Below, piece after piece: positions 61,590-64,000 of a stretch of DNA of 64,000 nucleotides (position 1 is the stretch's first letter; each line of letters opens with the position of its first letter). The notes under the pieces were generated by a model that saw only the letters and a program-made list of their open reading frames with translations, ran no database searches and was not told where the DNA came from. The translations under genes were made by a program, and so were the position numbers. Source of the DNA: Lingula anatina (lineage: Eukaryota; Animalia; Brachiopoda); NCBI GenBank assembly GCA_051362555.1, contig CM120649.1, positions 17,374,567 to 17,438,566 on the forward strand, written 5' to 3'.

Positions 61590-61855
61590 GAGGGTCCATG
61601 GGAGGGGGTAGTGATCACAGCACAATGGATTAAAATCAAATCACAGTAAATAAAACTATTCATATATTATATAAATGCGAGTCCGGCGAGAAGAAAATCG
61701 CGAATCATTCTGTTTCACGAAGGACAAGGACTAAAAAGCTGCATTGGCGAGTCACGGGAATTGGGTGTTTCGCGAACCTCGCTAAATACATTTTACTTAT
61801 TATGGGAAATAAAAAGTGACTTTTACGGGTAACGTAAATACCCAGTGGGACCCTC
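61590..61855. mobile_element. non-autonomous TIR element (GAGGGTCC ends)
   Basis: GAGGGTCCATGGG...CCCAGTGGGACCCTC with internal TCAC(G/A) repeats; no clean TSD. Confidence 0.5.
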
Positions 61856-62683
61856 GATAAACGATGTCTGCTTATTATTCACTAATGCCTGCAGCGCCCA
61901 TGACCAGGCCAACAAACTTACCAACTGCATAGATAGTCAGGAAATATGATGGCTCGATCTTTTCAACGGGGAAAACAGTGGATTTTACAAATACTGTATT
62001 TTTCAAAGTCATATATTCTTAGGACATTCCTGCTGAATGGTAGCAACAAAACGAAAAGGATACTACTTTACAGTTACATACTATTCAGTAAAAGCAATTT
62101 AGATATGTATTTTTAATAATTTAAAAAACTTGTCCTGAAATACTGAAAAGAAAGGAATGGTTGTTGACATAAGCATCGTTTTACTCTGTGGCTCCGATGA
62201 GCTACACTGATAGCCTACTTTCTCCTCATTGAAAAAATAAGAGTCATTACCATATTATACGAGGCGATATACTAGTAAGCTTGAGGCATATTGAGCACAA
62301 AATGAGCGTAAGACCTTTATAAAGCAAATAAAAGAAAAAAAAATCTCGGCGATTTCAAAACTTTTATTTTCCAATATCCCCAAGTATACCATGTCCGAAT
62401 CCGTCCTCAGAAAAACGACCCATAAACACGTTTTCAGATCTAAGATTCTATTTTTACAGTTCCTTTCGTAAAAGGAAAGGAAATTTGTACAGTCAAAGGC
62501 GGACAAAAATAATGAATCGTGGGAAATGAAGTGGTGCGAAAATTGAACCATTCCATGTACAGCCGTTGTAAGCTGCACACTTGTACACACTAGGCGTACA
62601 TCCTTTATTCCTGCACACAAATATAAAAAAGCAATTTCACGTTGACTATAACTGACATACTATGTGTAGGCTTGTGTACTAAA

Positions 62684-63862
62684 ATGCCCGTGGCGACACT
62701 TACCGCCCTTGAATCGTATACAGACCTGTATACAGAGCTGTACAAGTCTGCAAATGAAAACAGTATGGCAACTGCAGCGAGTGCAGTAAGGGGTTTAGTG
62801 ATTTTTGGAGCAATTTCTGTAGCAGTATGGATGTGGTACACTAATACATTTGTAACTTTTTACGATTTCCACCCCACAGTGACGGAAGTTTGCGAGTCGG
62901 GCGAGTCGCACCTGAAAAATGATAGGCCTACAGCGTTGTTCTTTGTTCGTGAAGGACACCATTTTGTTTCCCCAGACATGAGCGAAGCGTGGAAAAAAGA
63001 TACAAGATCTTGGATTAATTCTACAGGTCCTTTCATCATGACAGGGGTTTCTGGTGGTTTGGGTAACCGTATGTTTCAGTTTGCGTCAATGTATGGAATT
63101 GCAAAACGTAACAACATGACTCCAGTCGTGATTGAAAGCATACAGATACGGGAAGTGTTTCGAATTCCGGATTATATTCGCCACTCTTTACCGCCTGGTG
63201 TTAAAGTTGTGAAATTCCACGAGAAGAAATACGCTTTTTATGACAACAGGACGGAGACATTGTACAAGAAGGGCCAATCAGTGCAATTGTTTTATTACCT
63301 GTGTTCTTGGAAATATTTCCAAAATGTCGAAGATGATCTGAGGCAACATTTTCGTTTCCGAAAGGAGGCACATTTCCGCAAACAAATTGATGCTTTTTTT
63401 GACACAGCCTTACTAGAAATTGGGATGAACAACAAAGGGGAGAAAGTAACGTACATTGGAATTCATGCACGGTATGGAAAAGACATGCGCGTAGTATATG
63501 AACATTTGGGTTATACCGTGGCGCCATCTAGTTACTACACCAAAGCCATACGGTACTTTGAGAATATCTATAAAAACATCCTGTTTATTGTAGTGTCTGA
63601 TGATATGTCTTGGTGCAGAAAGAATATTCAGCACCCACGAATCCGATACAACCCATTCAAGGACCCCATACTGAGTTTAGCTCTCTTAGGAAGTTGTAAC
63701 CACACCATAATGTCAGTGGGTACCTTTTCTTGGTGGGGCGCGTGGTTGGCCGGGGGAGACGTGGTTTACTATAAAGACTGGCCCAAACCTGGCACCCATT
63801 TGTGGTGGCGCACCAACCATGAGGACTATTTTCCCCCAAAATGGATTGGAATGTCAGGATAG
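62684..63862 (+). CDS. alpha-1,2-fucosyltransferase-like protein (GT11, FUT1/FUT2-like), single coding exon
   Basis: Uninterrupted ORF with a type II TM segment (GLVIFGAISVAVWMWY) and GT11 motifs GGLGNRMFQFASMYGIA, YIGIHAR, FIVVSDD..WC and LL..CNHTIMSVGTFSWWGAWLAGG.VVYY. Start is ATG 62684 or 62765. Confidence 0.9.
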   Translation: MPVATLTALESYTDLYTELYKSANENSMATAASAVRGLVIFGAISVAVWMWYTNTFVTFYDFHPTVTEVCESGESHLKNDRPTALFFVREGHHFVSPDMSEAWKKDTRSWINSTGPFIMTGVSGGLGNRMFQFASMYGIAKRNNMTPVVIESIQIREVFRIPDYIRHSLPPGVKVVKFHEKKYAFYDNRTETLYKKGQSVQLFYYLCSWKYFQNVEDDLRQHFRFRKEAHFRKQIDAFFDTALLEIGMNNKGEKVTYIGIHARYGKDMRVVYEHLGYTVAPSSYYTKAIRYFENIYKNILFIVVSDDMSWCRKNIQHPRIRYNPFKDPILSLALLGSCNHTIMSVGTFSWWGAWLAGGDVVYYKDWPKPGTHLWWRTNHEDYFPPKWIGMSG

Positions 63863-64000
63863 GATAGCATAAACACTGCGGTTCTGTGAGGTATTCTGTG
63901 TGAATTTTTTGGCGTAAAGACAACCCCGTGCATATAGCAGTATACACTACGTGTACAAATTTTGTTCCTGCATGCCAAAATGAAAAAGCGCCATTTGGTT

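Noticed and set aside
63201-63947. Antisense ORFs over the fucosyltransferase and IQCG exons
   Set aside because: Shadow frames of real coding sequence.

Overview
AT-rich, intron-rich animal genomic DNA; the repeat types suggest a mollusc-like invertebrate (inference). Most ORFs in the supplied track are spurious or single exons, so I assembled genes by hand from GT-AG sites and intron phase. Recognisable genes are IQCG/DRC9 (minus, 53995-57574), head-to-head with RPL35A (plus, 58219-60442), and an intronless GT11 alpha-1,2-fucosyltransferase-like gene (62684-63862). RPL35A introns contain a box C/D snoRNA and a tRNA-bearing solo-LTR-like element. The most unusual item is a plus-strand gene of at least 16 exons (43884-51994, 5' end unresolved). 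It encodes a full TDP1-type phospholipase-D fold that has lost both catalytic His and both Asn residues, fused to a cold-shock domain and a C-terminal LOTUS/OST-HTH-like segment, which makes it a candidate RNA-binding pseudo-nuclease. Two unrecognised minus-strand genes for secreted peptides (about 11.2-12.6 kb and 31.9-33.7 kb) share the same TATA/Inr and 5' exon layout; one is a Cys-rich prohormone-like precursor with an amidation signal. The rest includes a 3-kb Helentron-type element carrying a ~145-bp satellite array, several MITE families, minisatellites, microsatellites and local duplications. All homology calls are by motif recognition only; no searches were run.
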